Shown here in pieces: positions 20,453 through 29,909 of a stretch of 64,000 nt of DNA. Source of the DNA: Negativicutes bacterium (GTDB lineage: Bacteria; Bacillota; Negativicutes; UBA1444); NCBI GenBank assembly GCA_963665275.2, contig CAXXIN010000004.1, positions 32,001-96,000 on the forward strand. The letters are read 5' to 3'. The notes under the pieces were generated by a model. It saw only the letters and a list, made by a program, of their open reading frames with translations, was not told the DNA's origin and did no database searches. A program made the translations under genes and the position numbers. Positions within the stretch are counted from its first letter, which is position 1. Every line of letters begins with the position of its first letter.

Positions 20453-22057
20453 TCAGAATAATAAAGTCATTTCAAAATGAATTCGGGTGTCATGGTCAGG
20501 GGTTGTTGCAGCACCTTTTATGACATAGGCATAGTCAGCGTTAACGGTTAGCCACCGGGTAATCGTCCAGCGAATTCCTATGCCAGTACTGGAAATTGTT
20601 GCTGGACCTAAGAGTTCTCCACCGTTGAATGGATAATCATAGCCCCAGATTTGCCCGATATCAAAAAACGCAAGCAGTCTAATTCCATGGCCCAATGGAG
20701 GGGTATACATTTCGAAGCTGGCACTAAAGCCCTTGTCACCAGTCAATTCACGTTCCTCAAACCCGCGGACTGAACGAACTCCTCCCAACCCAAATTGCTC
20801 GTCCGGTATGAGTGATTGTGTCGTGTACTGAGCATCATACCGATTGTTGAAAATCCAGCCATTCTTGAATCTATGCATATAAGTGAGATTGCCGCGCCAA
20901 AGGGCATAATCGGAAGACGCCCCCGGCCAAACTATGCCGTAAATAAAGTCATTATTTAAATATCCACCTGGAATGTTTCGCACGTACGAAATGTTGGAAG
21001 AAACAGTATCCGTCTTTCCCTGCCAAGTATATTGACCAGATATGAAAAAAGGAAACGAATTAATATCCGGATATAGTTTAACTCCGGCAAAATTGGTATT
21101 ATCGATGGAATTACGATAATCAAGGCCAACGTCAAGCGCGAGTTTCGTACTCAAAGACCGATAAAGTGGCTGAATGTAATGCATACTGTAAAAATGCCCC
21201 GCACCGGCCATATTGAAATCGCCATATCCCGATTGCGACATGCCGGTTTCGTTGTTGGAATATGCTACCAGTAATTGCAGACTATTTCCTTGGCTCGACA
21301 AGGGTTGATTGTAATAGGCAAGATACTGCCGGATACTATTGCTGGGAGATCGGGAGAATATAAAAGTCCCCGTTGCATCCCGCCGATCACCAAGGCCGGC
21401 ATCGGTAAATCGATAGTTGATTCTAAGAGGGTCTTGGTAGCGGTTTCCCGTATTATCCAATGAAAGCGACTGAGTAATGATTTTGTCCTCACTTACATTA
21501 ACAAGCGCGTCAAATATACCGACATCTATGGTTTGTAAGGAAACTGTAATAACCCGTGACGGGTTATCGTTGGCAACCAGTATTTGCCTGTCCAATTTTT
21601 TCGTATTGATTGCTTTTCCTGTTTTCAATGCCGGCAACGCCTGTCGGATGTGCGCTTCATGCAAATATTTATTGCCTTTGATTGTAATATTACGCAGAAC
21701 ATCCTCTTTCACAATGACGCTCAACCGTCCTGTACTGTCTGGAAGTTTGAGAATTAACACACTGACCAAGGTATATCCGGCCTTTTTGTATACCAAAAAT
21801 ACCGCATTCTGAATTTTCTCCAGGTCCTTGACGGTTTTATTACTGCCCAAAAATGCTTTAGTCGCCTTTTGCAATACGCTTTCTGCAAATAAATGATTTC
21901 CCTGAAATTCAATTTCTGAAACAGTAAATTTTTCCTCTGCTGCGGATACCACCGTCAGGAAGGGAGCAAAATTTTGCAAGCAAATCATCGATAAAAGGCA
22001 AAAAATCCGAAACACTGCCAGGGCCCTTGACCTGATACGAAAGTTTGACCGTCTCAT
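20453..22057 (-). CDS. ShlB/FhaC/HecB (TpsB/Omp85) outer-membrane transporter
   Basis: signal peptide, two POTRA domains (FQGN..Y..AGY; IKGN), DNTG, loop-6 GGVRSVRGF, C-terminal F. Confidence 0.9.
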   Translation of the reverse strand: MRRSNFRIRSRALAVFRIFCLLSMICLQNFAPFLTVVSAAEEKFTVSEIEFQGNHLFAESVLQKATKAFLGSNKTVKDLEKIQNAVFLVYKKAGYTLVSVLILKLPDSTGRLSVIVKEDVLRNITIKGNKYLHEAHIRQALPALKTGKAINTKKLDRQILVANDNPSRVITVSLQTIDVGIFDALVNVSEDKIITQSLSLDNTGNRYQDPLRINYRFTDAGLGDRRDATGTFIFSRSPSNSIRQYLAYYNQPLSSQGNSLQLLVAYSNNETGMSQSGYGDFNMAGAGHFYSMHYIQPLYRSLSTKLALDVGLDYRNSIDNTNFAGVKLYPDINSFPFFISGQYTWQGKTDTVSSNISYVRNIPGGYLNNDFIYGIVWPGASSDYALWRGNLTYMHRFKNGWIFNNRYDAQYTTQSLIPDEQFGLGGVRSVRGFEERELTGDKGFSASFEMYTPPLGHGIRLLAFFDIGQIWGYDYPFNGGELLGPATISSTGIGIRWTITRWLTVNADYAYVIKGAATTPDHDTRIHFEMTLLF

Positions 22058-22117
22058 TCGGTCTCACTCCTCTCTTGAATACGGATTTCTTGACGGGGTT
22101 ATTGGGATAGCGCGTAC

Positions 22118-23281
22118 TTAAGTCAGTTGAGATAGCTCAACTTGCTCACCTTTATAAATGCGTTGTAAGTCATGCCAATTTTTAACTATATTGAAAGAGG
22201 TTGCGCCGATTTTTCTGTTCGTATCCATCCAACACAGACCCTGGCTTTTTTCATAAGCCTGAATGCATTGTTGAGCCCATATTTCAGGCGGATCAGAGAG
22301 GGACATCCAATGGAACAATTCGGCAACAATTTCAGTTTCCTTCGGCACGGAGTCGGCAATCACAATGGGCAGGCCTGCAGCCTGCGCCTCAATCACAACG
22401 AGTCCCAATCCTTCAAATATTGAGGGAAATAGAAAAATATCCATTATGCCAAGTAAGCGAGGTACATCCGGGCGAGTGCCTGTAAAGATGATATTTCTAT
22501 CAATTCCCAGTTGCTTCGCTTGCGTCCGAATTGCGTCTTGCAGCATTCCTTCGCCGACGAGGATCAGTCGTCCGTCAGGTTTTCGCTTAAAGACTTCATG
22601 CGCAACATTTAATATAAAGTGGTGGTTTTTGGCCAAGTGAAAATTTCCCACATGCCCCAAGACAATTGATTTTTCCGCAATGTTCCACTCTCTCCGAAGC
22701 GAGGGTTTATTGATGCTTTGTGAAAATTCGGATAGATCGATTCCACAGTGACTGATCCGCCAGGAAAGTTTTCGTTTCTCGCCTATTGTTAGTGCGGTTT
22801 TCGCCTCATTACTGGCCGCCAAGCCAATAGTCGCGAACCGGTCAATAAGATTTTTCATAATTTTTAGGTAAATTTTGCGTGAAAAGGATGCTTGGGAATC
22901 AACCAAAAGTGAATCGCAATGACTATGGGCAATGCGAACAGGGATCCCCAAGAACCAGGCAACCAGCAACAACGCCCCGCTAAAATGATGAACATGACTG
23001 TGGATTACGTCATACGGTCCATTCATTTTCAAAGTTTTCAACAAACGAAATGAGTATAACAAGGGATTGCGCACTAGCGGACAGTAAAGTATTTTCGACC
23101 CCCGCTGTTTAATCTCATCGTCAAACGAAGCATGCACGGGATCGCCCACTAAGAAGTCCATCTGCCACGACTCTCGATCCATAATTCGCAACAAACGCAT
23201 TAACCACGTTTCTACTCCACCACGATTCATTCTTCCGACCACGTGAAGAACCTTCACCGGGCGCGCTTGATTTTTCAGCAT
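22118..23281 (-). CDS. GT4 glycosyltransferase (EpsF-like)
   Basis: VLHVVGRMNRGGVE, RIAHSH and FPSIFEGLGLVVIEAQAAGLP motifs. Confidence 0.92.
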   Translation of the reverse strand: MLKNQARPVKVLHVVGRMNRGGVETWLMRLLRIMDRESWQMDFLVGDPVHASFDDEIKQRGSKILYCPLVRNPLLYSFRLLKTLKMNGPYDVIHSHVHHFSGALLLVAWFLGIPVRIAHSHCDSLLVDSQASFSRKIYLKIMKNLIDRFATIGLAASNEAKTALTIGEKRKLSWRISHCGIDLSEFSQSINKPSLRREWNIAEKSIVLGHVGNFHLAKNHHFILNVAHEVFKRKPDGRLILVGEGMLQDAIRTQAKQLGIDRNIIFTGTRPDVPRLLGIMDIFLFPSIFEGLGLVVIEAQAAGLPIVIADSVPKETEIVAELFHWMSLSDPPEIWAQQCIQAYEKSQGLCWMDTNRKIGATSFNIVKNWHDLQRIYKGEQVELSQLT

Positions 23282-23375
23282 CTTGTCCTCCCGTTTTATG
23301 TAAAAACCAAGTGAAGTATGATATTATTATTAAAAATGTTCTTCTGAATTTTAATGAAAAGAAGGTAGAGGAAAA

Positions 23376-23663
23376 GTGAAGTCACCCCTGCCAATCCAGC
23401 TTATTATCAAGGACAACCCTGATGTGTTTAATACCGTTCAGGCATTCAACCTTACTATGACCGGCATCGACTTGCAGACCGATCTCCCACTTCACTTGGA
23501 ACAGCAATTAGGACTTGAGATTGGAACCCCTTCTGGCAAACTTCGCTTGTCAGCGAAAGCGATATGGAATCGCGAAAATCAGTATGGGTGTCAATTTGTC
23601 GATATGACTCCTGCCGTCGCGGGATTGCTGTCCCATTGGTTATTTCCGCCTTTTGAGCCATAA
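23376..23663 (+). CDS. stand-alone PilZ-like domain protein, antisense to the operon
   Basis: NLTMTG (D/NxSxxG-like), AKAIW...YGCQF beta-barrel pattern and C-terminal helix; GTG after AGAGG; no RxxxR. Confidence 0.7.
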   Translation: MKSPLPIQLIIKDNPDVFNTVQAFNLTMTGIDLQTDLPLHLEQQLGLEIGTPSGKLRLSAKAIWNRENQYGCQFVDMTPAVAGLLSHWLFPPFEP

Positions 23664-24856
23664 TAAGGGCTGCAATGCCTTCGTTCATGCTGCCGCAAAC
23701 TGTCTTTTATGACACCCAATACTCTATCCTGTTCTGCTTCCGTCATATTAGTCCCGGACGGCAGACAAACTCCGTGTTCAAATAGGCGATCAGAAACGCT
23801 CTCACCTACTCTGTGCGAATAATATGGATAGGCTCCAAAAATCGGTTGTAAATGGAGCGGTTTCCATACGGGACGCGATTCAATGTCATCCTCCGCTAAC
23901 GCATCCATTAATTCATTCGCTGTAATATTCGCCCGCTCCGGATCAACGGTCAGCGTTGTCAACCATCTGTTAGATTGCCCGTATGATGCCTCTGGCATGA
24001 AATCAATGCCGCAATAATTGGATAGCTCTGAATGATAGCGCTCAAATATTTGGCGCTTTTTATTTATGCGTTCATCGATGACACACATTTGCCCGCGTCC
24101 GATTGCTGCAGCAATATTGCTCAAGCGGTAATTATACCCAATCTCGCTGTGTTGGTAGTGTCTGGCAGGGTCACGCGCCTGAGTCGCCCAATAACGCACT
24201 TTCTGCAAAGCCTCCAAATCATCCGACACCAGCATGCCACCGCCCGAGGTTGTAATAATCTTATTTCCGTTGAATGAAAACATCCCGTATTTTCCGCAGG
24301 TCCCGCTTGCTTTTCCTTTATATCTTGCTCCAAGAGATTCAGCAGCATCTTCGATCACCACTGCGCCATAAGAGGCACAGATTGTGAGAAGTGAATCCAT
24401 GTCAGCGCTTTGGCCATATAAATTAACGATGATCACAGCCTTTGGGATTCGTGATTCTCGACTGGCGGCGGCAAAAGCTCGTGCCAAAGCATCTGGTGAC
24501 ATGTTCCAGGATTCAGGTTCCGAGTCAATGAAAACTGGCTTGGCGCCTTCGTATAAAATCGGATTGGCGGAAGCAGCAAACGTTAGTGATGAGCAAAAAA
24601 CCCAATCGTTTCGTTGGATACCCGCGCATTTCAATGCAAGATGAAGGGCAGCTGTTCCGGAAGACAGGGCTGCAGCTCCTTTAGCTCCGACATATTTGGC
24701 GATTGTGTCTTCCAGTGCATCTACATGGGGTCCCAACGGTGCGATCCAGTTCGATGCAAAGGCATCAGCGACATATTCCTGCTCCAAACCGCTCATGTGG
24801 GGTGGCGATAGGCAAATATGTTTTCTTGCATTGGCCATTCTAATCATCTCCCACAA
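23591..24856 (-). CDS. DegT/DnrJ-family sugar aminotransferase (EpsN/PglE-like)
   Basis: LSPPHM, SNWIAPLGP, EDAAESLG, SFNGNKIITTSGGG and RPVWKPLHLQP motifs. Confidence 0.95.
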   Translation of the reverse strand: MWEMIRMANARKHICLSPPHMSGLEQEYVADAFASNWIAPLGPHVDALEDTIAKYVGAKGAAALSSGTAALHLALKCAGIQRNDWVFCSSLTFAASANPILYEGAKPVFIDSEPESWNMSPDALARAFAAASRESRIPKAVIIVNLYGQSADMDSLLTICASYGAVVIEDAAESLGARYKGKASGTCGKYGMFSFNGNKIITTSGGGMLVSDDLEALQKVRYWATQARDPARHYQHSEIGYNYRLSNIAAAIGRGQMCVIDERINKKRQIFERYHSELSNYCGIDFMPEASYGQSNRWLTTLTVDPERANITANELMDALAEDDIESRPVWKPLHLQPIFGAYPYYSHRVGESVSDRLFEHGVCLPSGTNMTEAEQDRVLGVIKDSLRQHERRHCSPYYGSKGGNNQWDSNPATAGVISTN

Positions 24857-24901
24857 TAAATTACTTCACACGTTCTGCAATACAGCCGATACGTTTCATG
24901 A

Positions 24902-25972
24902 TCAATCGCTATTGCTTCTATAGGCTGGAAAGTAAGAACCACCAACATCCCATACTTTTCCGTGCTCCATTTCATGGTTTCTACGTTTTTCGCAAAGAGT
25001 TTGATATTTTATAGGATCAAAAACCTGTTTTCCAACCATAAAAGGAACAACACCAGAGGGCGCAAACTTCTTTTTAAATTGAAATACCCCGTCATATCCA
25101 TCATATCCCCCGCCAAGGACACAAGTTTTTTTCCCATGCTCGATGCCCCAACGAAATACGGCCGTCATCAAAAGCTGATTGGGATGAAATTTAAAATAAC
25201 TCTCGTCAGTTCCAGCAAGGTAATAGTAAATATTTTCCTGGGACACCAACACCAAGTACGAAGATATCGCTTCTCCCTGATACATTGCGTGGGCTAGAAA
25301 AAATTGTCCGGGTAGCTGTGTGGTGATTTTGCGAAAAAACTCCTCTGAAAAATAGTATTGTTGTATTGCATTATGTCGCTGCATCGTTTGGTAATATAGG
25401 CGGATAAAGCTTGAAAGACCTTCACCGGTTTCATCGAATTCCACAGTAATTCCACTTTGCTCTGCCCGTCTGGAACGAGTCCTAACTATGTAATCATAAT
25501 CCTGCCAAATCCCCTCCTTTCCCTCTACCAAAGAACGGATCACATTATTCCCGCTCGCCTCCACCACGCCGACAAATTTACCGATATCGGCAGCATAGGG
25601 AGAAAAACGAAAAAATGCAGTAATTATGTTTGACTCGACTGCCCATTTTTGAAGTTGATGCCAAAACGCTTCCATATCATATTGCCCTGTCACATACGGT
25701 CCTCCAAAACCATAGGGCTCCACCACATCAAAATGCTCACTCTCTGCTCCTGCCCACCCTTCCGCCGAAAGTGGGCGCACGATCAGCGGCAACAAAATTT
25801 TTCCATCTGCGGTTTCCTGTACTGCGCAAACCGCGCGATCACATTCCCTGGTAAACAGTTTGGCATACTCCGGATGGGCGAACACTTCGTGCAATGGCCA
25901 CTCCGACCATGTACGAAGCCAGGATTCATAGTCTTCGCTATTGGCGGCGTCTAAAATACTAAACAACTTCAT
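24902..25972 (-). CDS. FemAB-like/double-GNAT acyltransferase, copy 2
   Basis: PYGFGGP, FFRFSP, YYFSEEFF, LGGG...GVFQFKKKF; ATG at 25972 after AAGGAG. Confidence 0.85.
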   Translation of the reverse strand: MKLFSILDAANSEDYESWLRTWSEWPLHEVFAHPEYAKLFTRECDRAVCAVQETADGKILLPLIVRPLSAEGWAGAESEHFDVVEPYGFGGPYVTGQYDMEAFWHQLQKWAVESNIITAFFRFSPYAADIGKFVGVVEASGNNVIRSLVEGKEGIWQDYDYIVRTRSRRAEQSGITVEFDETGEGLSSFIRLYYQTMQRHNAIQQYYFSEEFFRKITTQLPGQFFLAHAMYQGEAISSYLVLVSQENIYYYLAGTDESYFKFHPNQLLMTAVFRWGIEHGKKTCVLGGGYDGYDGVFQFKKKFAPSGVVPFMVGKQVFDPIKYQTLCEKRRNHEMEHGKVWDVGGSYFPAYRSNSD

Positions 25973-26014
25973 GCTATTGCTCCTTTGACACAGACTGTGG
26001 CGCCCCATGTTAAA

Positions 26015-27088
26015 TCATCCTGCACGATAAGCCGGAAAAAAGGTTCCAGTATCAGTCCAAAGTTGTTCATGTTCCGATTCATAGTTCTTGCGTTTTGCAC
26101 ATAGAGATTGATATACAACTGGATCAAAAATATGCTTTCCGATCCGGTATGGAACTACACCTGACGGTGCAAACTTCTTCTTGTACTGAAACACTCCATC
26201 ATATCCTTCATGTCCACCGCCAAGAACACTGCTCTTTTTCTCCTGTTCTATTCCCCAATTGAAAATATGCGTATCTAACAACTGATTGGGATTTAGTTTT
26301 AAAAAAGCGTCATTAACTCCGCCCAAAAATGGATAAATGTGATCGTGAGAAGAAAGCACCATCTTGCTGGCAATCACTTCACCCTGATAGATCGCATGAG
26401 CTAGGAAAAATTGTCCGGGCAGCCGAGTGGTTATTTTGTGAAAAAACTCAACAGGAAAATAATATTGTGATGCAGCATTGCACCGTTGCATCGTCTGGTA
26501 ATACAGACGGATAAAATCCGGGAAACTTTCACCAACTTCGTCGAACTGCACAGTTATCCCACTCTTTTCAGCGCTTCTCACGCAAGTCCGAACCGCATGT
26601 TTATAATCTTTCCAAATTTCATCCCTTCCCTCTGTCAATGACCGGATCACATTTCCCCCACATATTTCTACCGTGTCAATAAATTCGCCGATATCGGCTG
26701 CATAGGGAGAGAAACGGAAAAACGCGGAAATCACGCCCGCCTCGACTGCCCAATTTTGCAATTGACGCCAAAACTCTTCCATATCATATCGCCCCAGCAC
26801 ATAAGGACCGCCAAATCCATAGGGCGCCACTACATCAAAATGATTATCGTCTTCTCTCGTCCACTCTTCTGCCGACAGTGGTCGCAGGATGAGCGGCAGC
26901 AGAATGAGTCCCTCAGCATTTTCCTGCACAGCACAGATTGCGCGATCACATTCCCTGGAAAACAATTTCACATACTCCGGATGAGCAAACACTTCGCGCA
27001 ATGGCCACTCCGACCAGGTACGAAGCCAGGATTCATAGTCTTCGGTATTAGCGGCATCTAGCAGGCGAAATTCCTTCATTTTTTCCAC
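26015..27088 (-). CDS. FemAB-like/double-GNAT acyltransferase, copy 1
   Basis: same motifs as the neighbouring gene; clear paralogue. Confidence 0.85.
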   Translation of the reverse strand: MEKMKEFRLLDAANTEDYESWLRTWSEWPLREVFAHPEYVKLFSRECDRAICAVQENAEGLILLPLILRPLSAEEWTREDDNHFDVVAPYGFGGPYVLGRYDMEEFWRQLQNWAVEAGVISAFFRFSPYAADIGEFIDTVEICGGNVIRSLTEGRDEIWKDYKHAVRTCVRSAEKSGITVQFDEVGESFPDFIRLYYQTMQRCNAASQYYFPVEFFHKITTRLPGQFFLAHAIYQGEVIASKMVLSSHDHIYPFLGGVNDAFLKLNPNQLLDTHIFNWGIEQEKKSSVLGGGHEGYDGVFQYKKKFAPSGVVPYRIGKHIFDPVVYQSLCAKRKNYESEHEQLWTDTGTFFPAYRAG

Positions 27089-27091
27089 CTT

Positions 27092-28180
27092 CTATAAATT
27101 TATGCACTCGGACAAAATAACGACTACTCTGTCCATATCTGCCAAACTATACCGACCATCACATTGCACAGCCAAAATCCTTTCAGATATCTCAAATGAT
27201 CTCTCCTCGCTCCATGGAGAGCTTATCCGTTCCAATGGCCAAATAACGGCAGGATATACAGATCGTTCAATTAATCGCTGCTTAACCCGCTCCCGTTCTA
27301 GCCGCGAAGAAAGCAGCATTGTCAAAATGAATGGACATGAATCAGCGCCATGTGGCTCAAGAATGCGCAGGTCTGGTGAGCAGCTCAACTTTTGAAGCAT
27401 ATGGCGATGGTTTCTCGAACGTTGCTTGCGCCACACTTTCCAAGGAAAGATCTTCAACATTTCTCTGGATAAGGAACTAACGGCTTTTCCGTCATTATTT
27501 CCTTGCAATGCCAATTGCGCAACTTTTTTCTTTGCCTGATCAAACAGAGAAATATAACTATTTTTTTCGAATGGAGCCCCTGCCAAATAATTCGTTTTTA
27601 GTACCATCGCCCCTAGTTTTTCACTGATTTCCGCAGCCGATCTATCGTTTTCTAGCGGATCTGGAGCAAGTGGTGAACCATTATTCGACCATACTGCTCC
27701 GCCATCAGGAATAGGAAGTACCTTCCTGTAAGATGCGATACAATAGTCCGCCCTACTTTCCATTGCCCAGGGACTCCAGGGATCGTGAGTATGATCTTCG
27801 ATAACTGGGATCCCCAGTTGATAAAAACCGGCATAATCTTCCTTGGATTTGATGCCAAAGAAATTGACAATAAATATTGCATCTCCAGGTGCAATATTGG
27901 TCGGAACCGAAGCCGGATCGAAGGGAGTATCGAAATAGAAAGCAGTTTCGATGCCAGTAGATTCAATAGCTGCCACTACTTCCGGACAATTGTAAGTAGA
28001 TATCCACAGTCTTTTCCACCCCATCCCAAGCATCGCAAACTTTATTGTGTCCGCAAGGGCTGTGCGACCGAGCGAATAAAGGTGGGCATGAGCTGGATGT
28101 GCTGGTTCATTGGAAAAATTCGACAGATTCATCCAATGAAATTCACTGCCTGACTCCCATGGTTTTAGTTTTGCGGACAT
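27092..28180 (-). CDS. divergent PLP-dependent DegT-like protein
   Basis: GSEF, GRTAL, YNCPEV, NFFG, IEDHTH and SYRK..PIPDGG (putative PLP Lys) motifs. Confidence 0.7.
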   Translation of the reverse strand: MSAKLKPWESGSEFHWMNLSNFSNEPAHPAHAHLYSLGRTALADTIKFAMLGMGWKRLWISTYNCPEVVAAIESTGIETAFYFDTPFDPASVPTNIAPGDAIFIVNFFGIKSKEDYAGFYQLGIPVIEDHTHDPWSPWAMESRADYCIASYRKVLPIPDGGAVWSNNGSPLAPDPLENDRSAAEISEKLGAMVLKTNYLAGAPFEKNSYISLFDQAKKKVAQLALQGNNDGKAVSSLSREMLKIFPWKVWRKQRSRNHRHMLQKLSCSPDLRILEPHGADSCPFILTMLLSSRLERERVKQRLIERSVYPAVIWPLERISSPWSEERSFEISERILAVQCDGRYSLADMDRVVVILSECINL

Positions 28181-28716
28181 GGTTTCGCTCCCTGTCCCCA
28201 GTTTCTTCTAAATAGTGCCAGCATATGAAAGTCCAGGTATTGTCCATTGCGATACTTGGCTTCGCGTAAAACGCCCTCGGATTCAAAACCGATTTTGCGA
28301 AGCAGACCCAGGGCAATAGCATTGCTTGACAACACTTTCGCCCGGATCTTCCTGAGATTCATTTGTTGGAAAGCGTAATCAAGCACACTGCCAATAATCG
28401 CTTCACCCAATCCTTTGCCACTGAACGCCGCCTGTCCGATACAGATATCGATTATTGCCACACCATTTCGTGAATTAATCTCACTTAATCCGCAGTGTCC
28501 GATACAGTTATCGTTCGCATCAACGATTGCCCATACAATATCTGTCGAGCTCTTTCTCTGGCGTTCGACCCATTCCAGCAAGTCGTTCCGGGAATATCCC
28601 TTGGAAAACTGTGTCAGCGCTGCTGCGATTTCAGGGTCATTCCGATACTGATGCATTGCTTCGCTATCCGACGGTTCTGGGCGGCGCAAGTAAATTTGTT
28701 CAGTGATTTTCAACAA
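28165..28716 (-). CDS. RimJ/RimL-type GNAT N-acyltransferase (PseH-like), copy 3
   Basis: LRRPE..D, YRNDPE, CIGHCGL, GKGLG, YAF..NLRKI and EGVLRE motifs. Confidence 0.88.
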   Translation of the reverse strand: MLKITEQIYLRRPEPSDSEAMHQYRNDPEIAAALTQFSKGYSRNDLLEWVERQRKSSTDIVWAIVDANDNCIGHCGLSEINSRNGVAIIDICIGQAAFSGKGLGEAIIGSVLDYAFQQMNLRKIRAKVLSSNAIALGLLRKIGFESEGVLREAKYRNGQYLDFHMLALFRRNWGQGAKPCPQN

Positions 28717-28754
28717 AGAGTTCCTCCCCCTTTCCCTTGGCTTGAATGGTCACG

Positions 28755-29303
28755 TCAAGCTGGTAAGCATCTTACCGCATCAGGGTTCCAATCGCATCGA
28801 AACAGACCAAAGACATGCATATCCACGTACAGTCCATTCCTGTATTCTTGTTCTCGCAAAACACATTCTTCCTTGAATCCAAATTTTTTGGTGAAATTGA
28901 TTGATAATTTGTTGGTGTTAAGTACTTCAGCCGTGATTTTTCTCAACTTCAGCTCCACGAATGCATAATTCAACACTGCTTTCATAATGGCCCGGCTTTG
29001 CCCTTTCCTGAAAGCTGCATTGCCGATGCATACGGCAATATCGGCCATGCCGGTGTCCGAATCAATTTTGTATAAGCCGCAGTGCCCAATACACCGGTCC
29101 TCCGCATCAGCGATCACCCATATACGATCATTTTTTCTATTTCGTTGCTGCTCGACCCACTCCAGCATGTCTTTGCGGGAAAACCCTTTCGAGAAGCCTT
29201 CTAACGCCGATATGATATCAGGGTCGTTACGATACTGGTACATCCTTTCTGTGTCTTTTGCTTCAGGGCTACGCAATGTAATTTGTTCATTGATTTTCAG
29301 CAA
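28755..29303 (-). CDS. RimJ/RimL-type GNAT N-acyltransferase, copy 2
   Basis: same motifs; TTG at 29303 matches the start context of copy 3. Confidence 0.88.
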   Translation of the reverse strand: MLKINEQITLRSPEAKDTERMYQYRNDPDIISALEGFSKGFSRKDMLEWVEQQRNRKNDRIWVIADAEDRCIGHCGLYKIDSDTGMADIAVCIGNAAFRKGQSRAIMKAVLNYAFVELKLRKITAEVLNTNKLSINFTKKFGFKEECVLREQEYRNGLYVDMHVFGLFRCDWNPDAVRCLPA

Positions 29304-29357
29304 AGATGTTCTCCCCCTTTCCATCTCATCTGAACGATCACATCAGCCTGGCATCCT

Positions 29358-29894
29358 TTAGAACAGATCCTGATTCCAGTCACGCCGAAACATACCGAAG
29401 ACATGCACATCCTCGTACTGTCCGTTTCTGTATTCTTGCTCGCGCAGCACACATTCTTCTTTAAATCCCAATTTCCGGGTGAAACTAAGTGATATTTTGT
29501 TCGAACTGAGTACATCGCCCCGGATTTTTCGCAAATTCAACTGTTCGAATGCGTAGTTTATCACCGCTACAATAACTTCCCTGCCGGTTTGTCCCCTTCT
29601 AAAGGAGGAATTACCTATGCATATCGCTGTTTCCGCCACGCCTGTAATCGAATTGATCTGATATAAGCCGCAATGCCCTATACAGTTATCTTCTGCATCG
29701 GCGATCACCCATACAATATCATCCGTGCTTTTTCTCTGGCGCTCGACCCACTCCAGCATGTCGCTTCGGGAATAGCCTTTTGAAAACGATCCCAGCGCCG
29801 CAACAATTTCAGGATCGTTACGGTATCGATACATCGCTTCAACATCTTTGGGTTCGGGGCGGCGTAATTGAATTTCTCCGATATTGATTGCCAT
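29358..29894 (-). CDS. RimJ/RimL-type GNAT N-acyltransferase, copy 1
   Basis: same motifs (YRNDPE, CIGHCGL, KEECVLREQEYRNG). Confidence 0.88.
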   Translation of the reverse strand: MAINIGEIQLRRPEPKDVEAMYRYRNDPEIVAALGSFSKGYSRSDMLEWVERQRKSTDDIVWVIADAEDNCIGHCGLYQINSITGVAETAICIGNSSFRRGQTGREVIVAVINYAFEQLNLRKIRGDVLSSNKISLSFTRKLGFKEECVLREQEYRNGQYEDVHVFGMFRRDWNQDLF

Positions 29895-29909
29895 TCTTCT
29901 CCCATCCCT

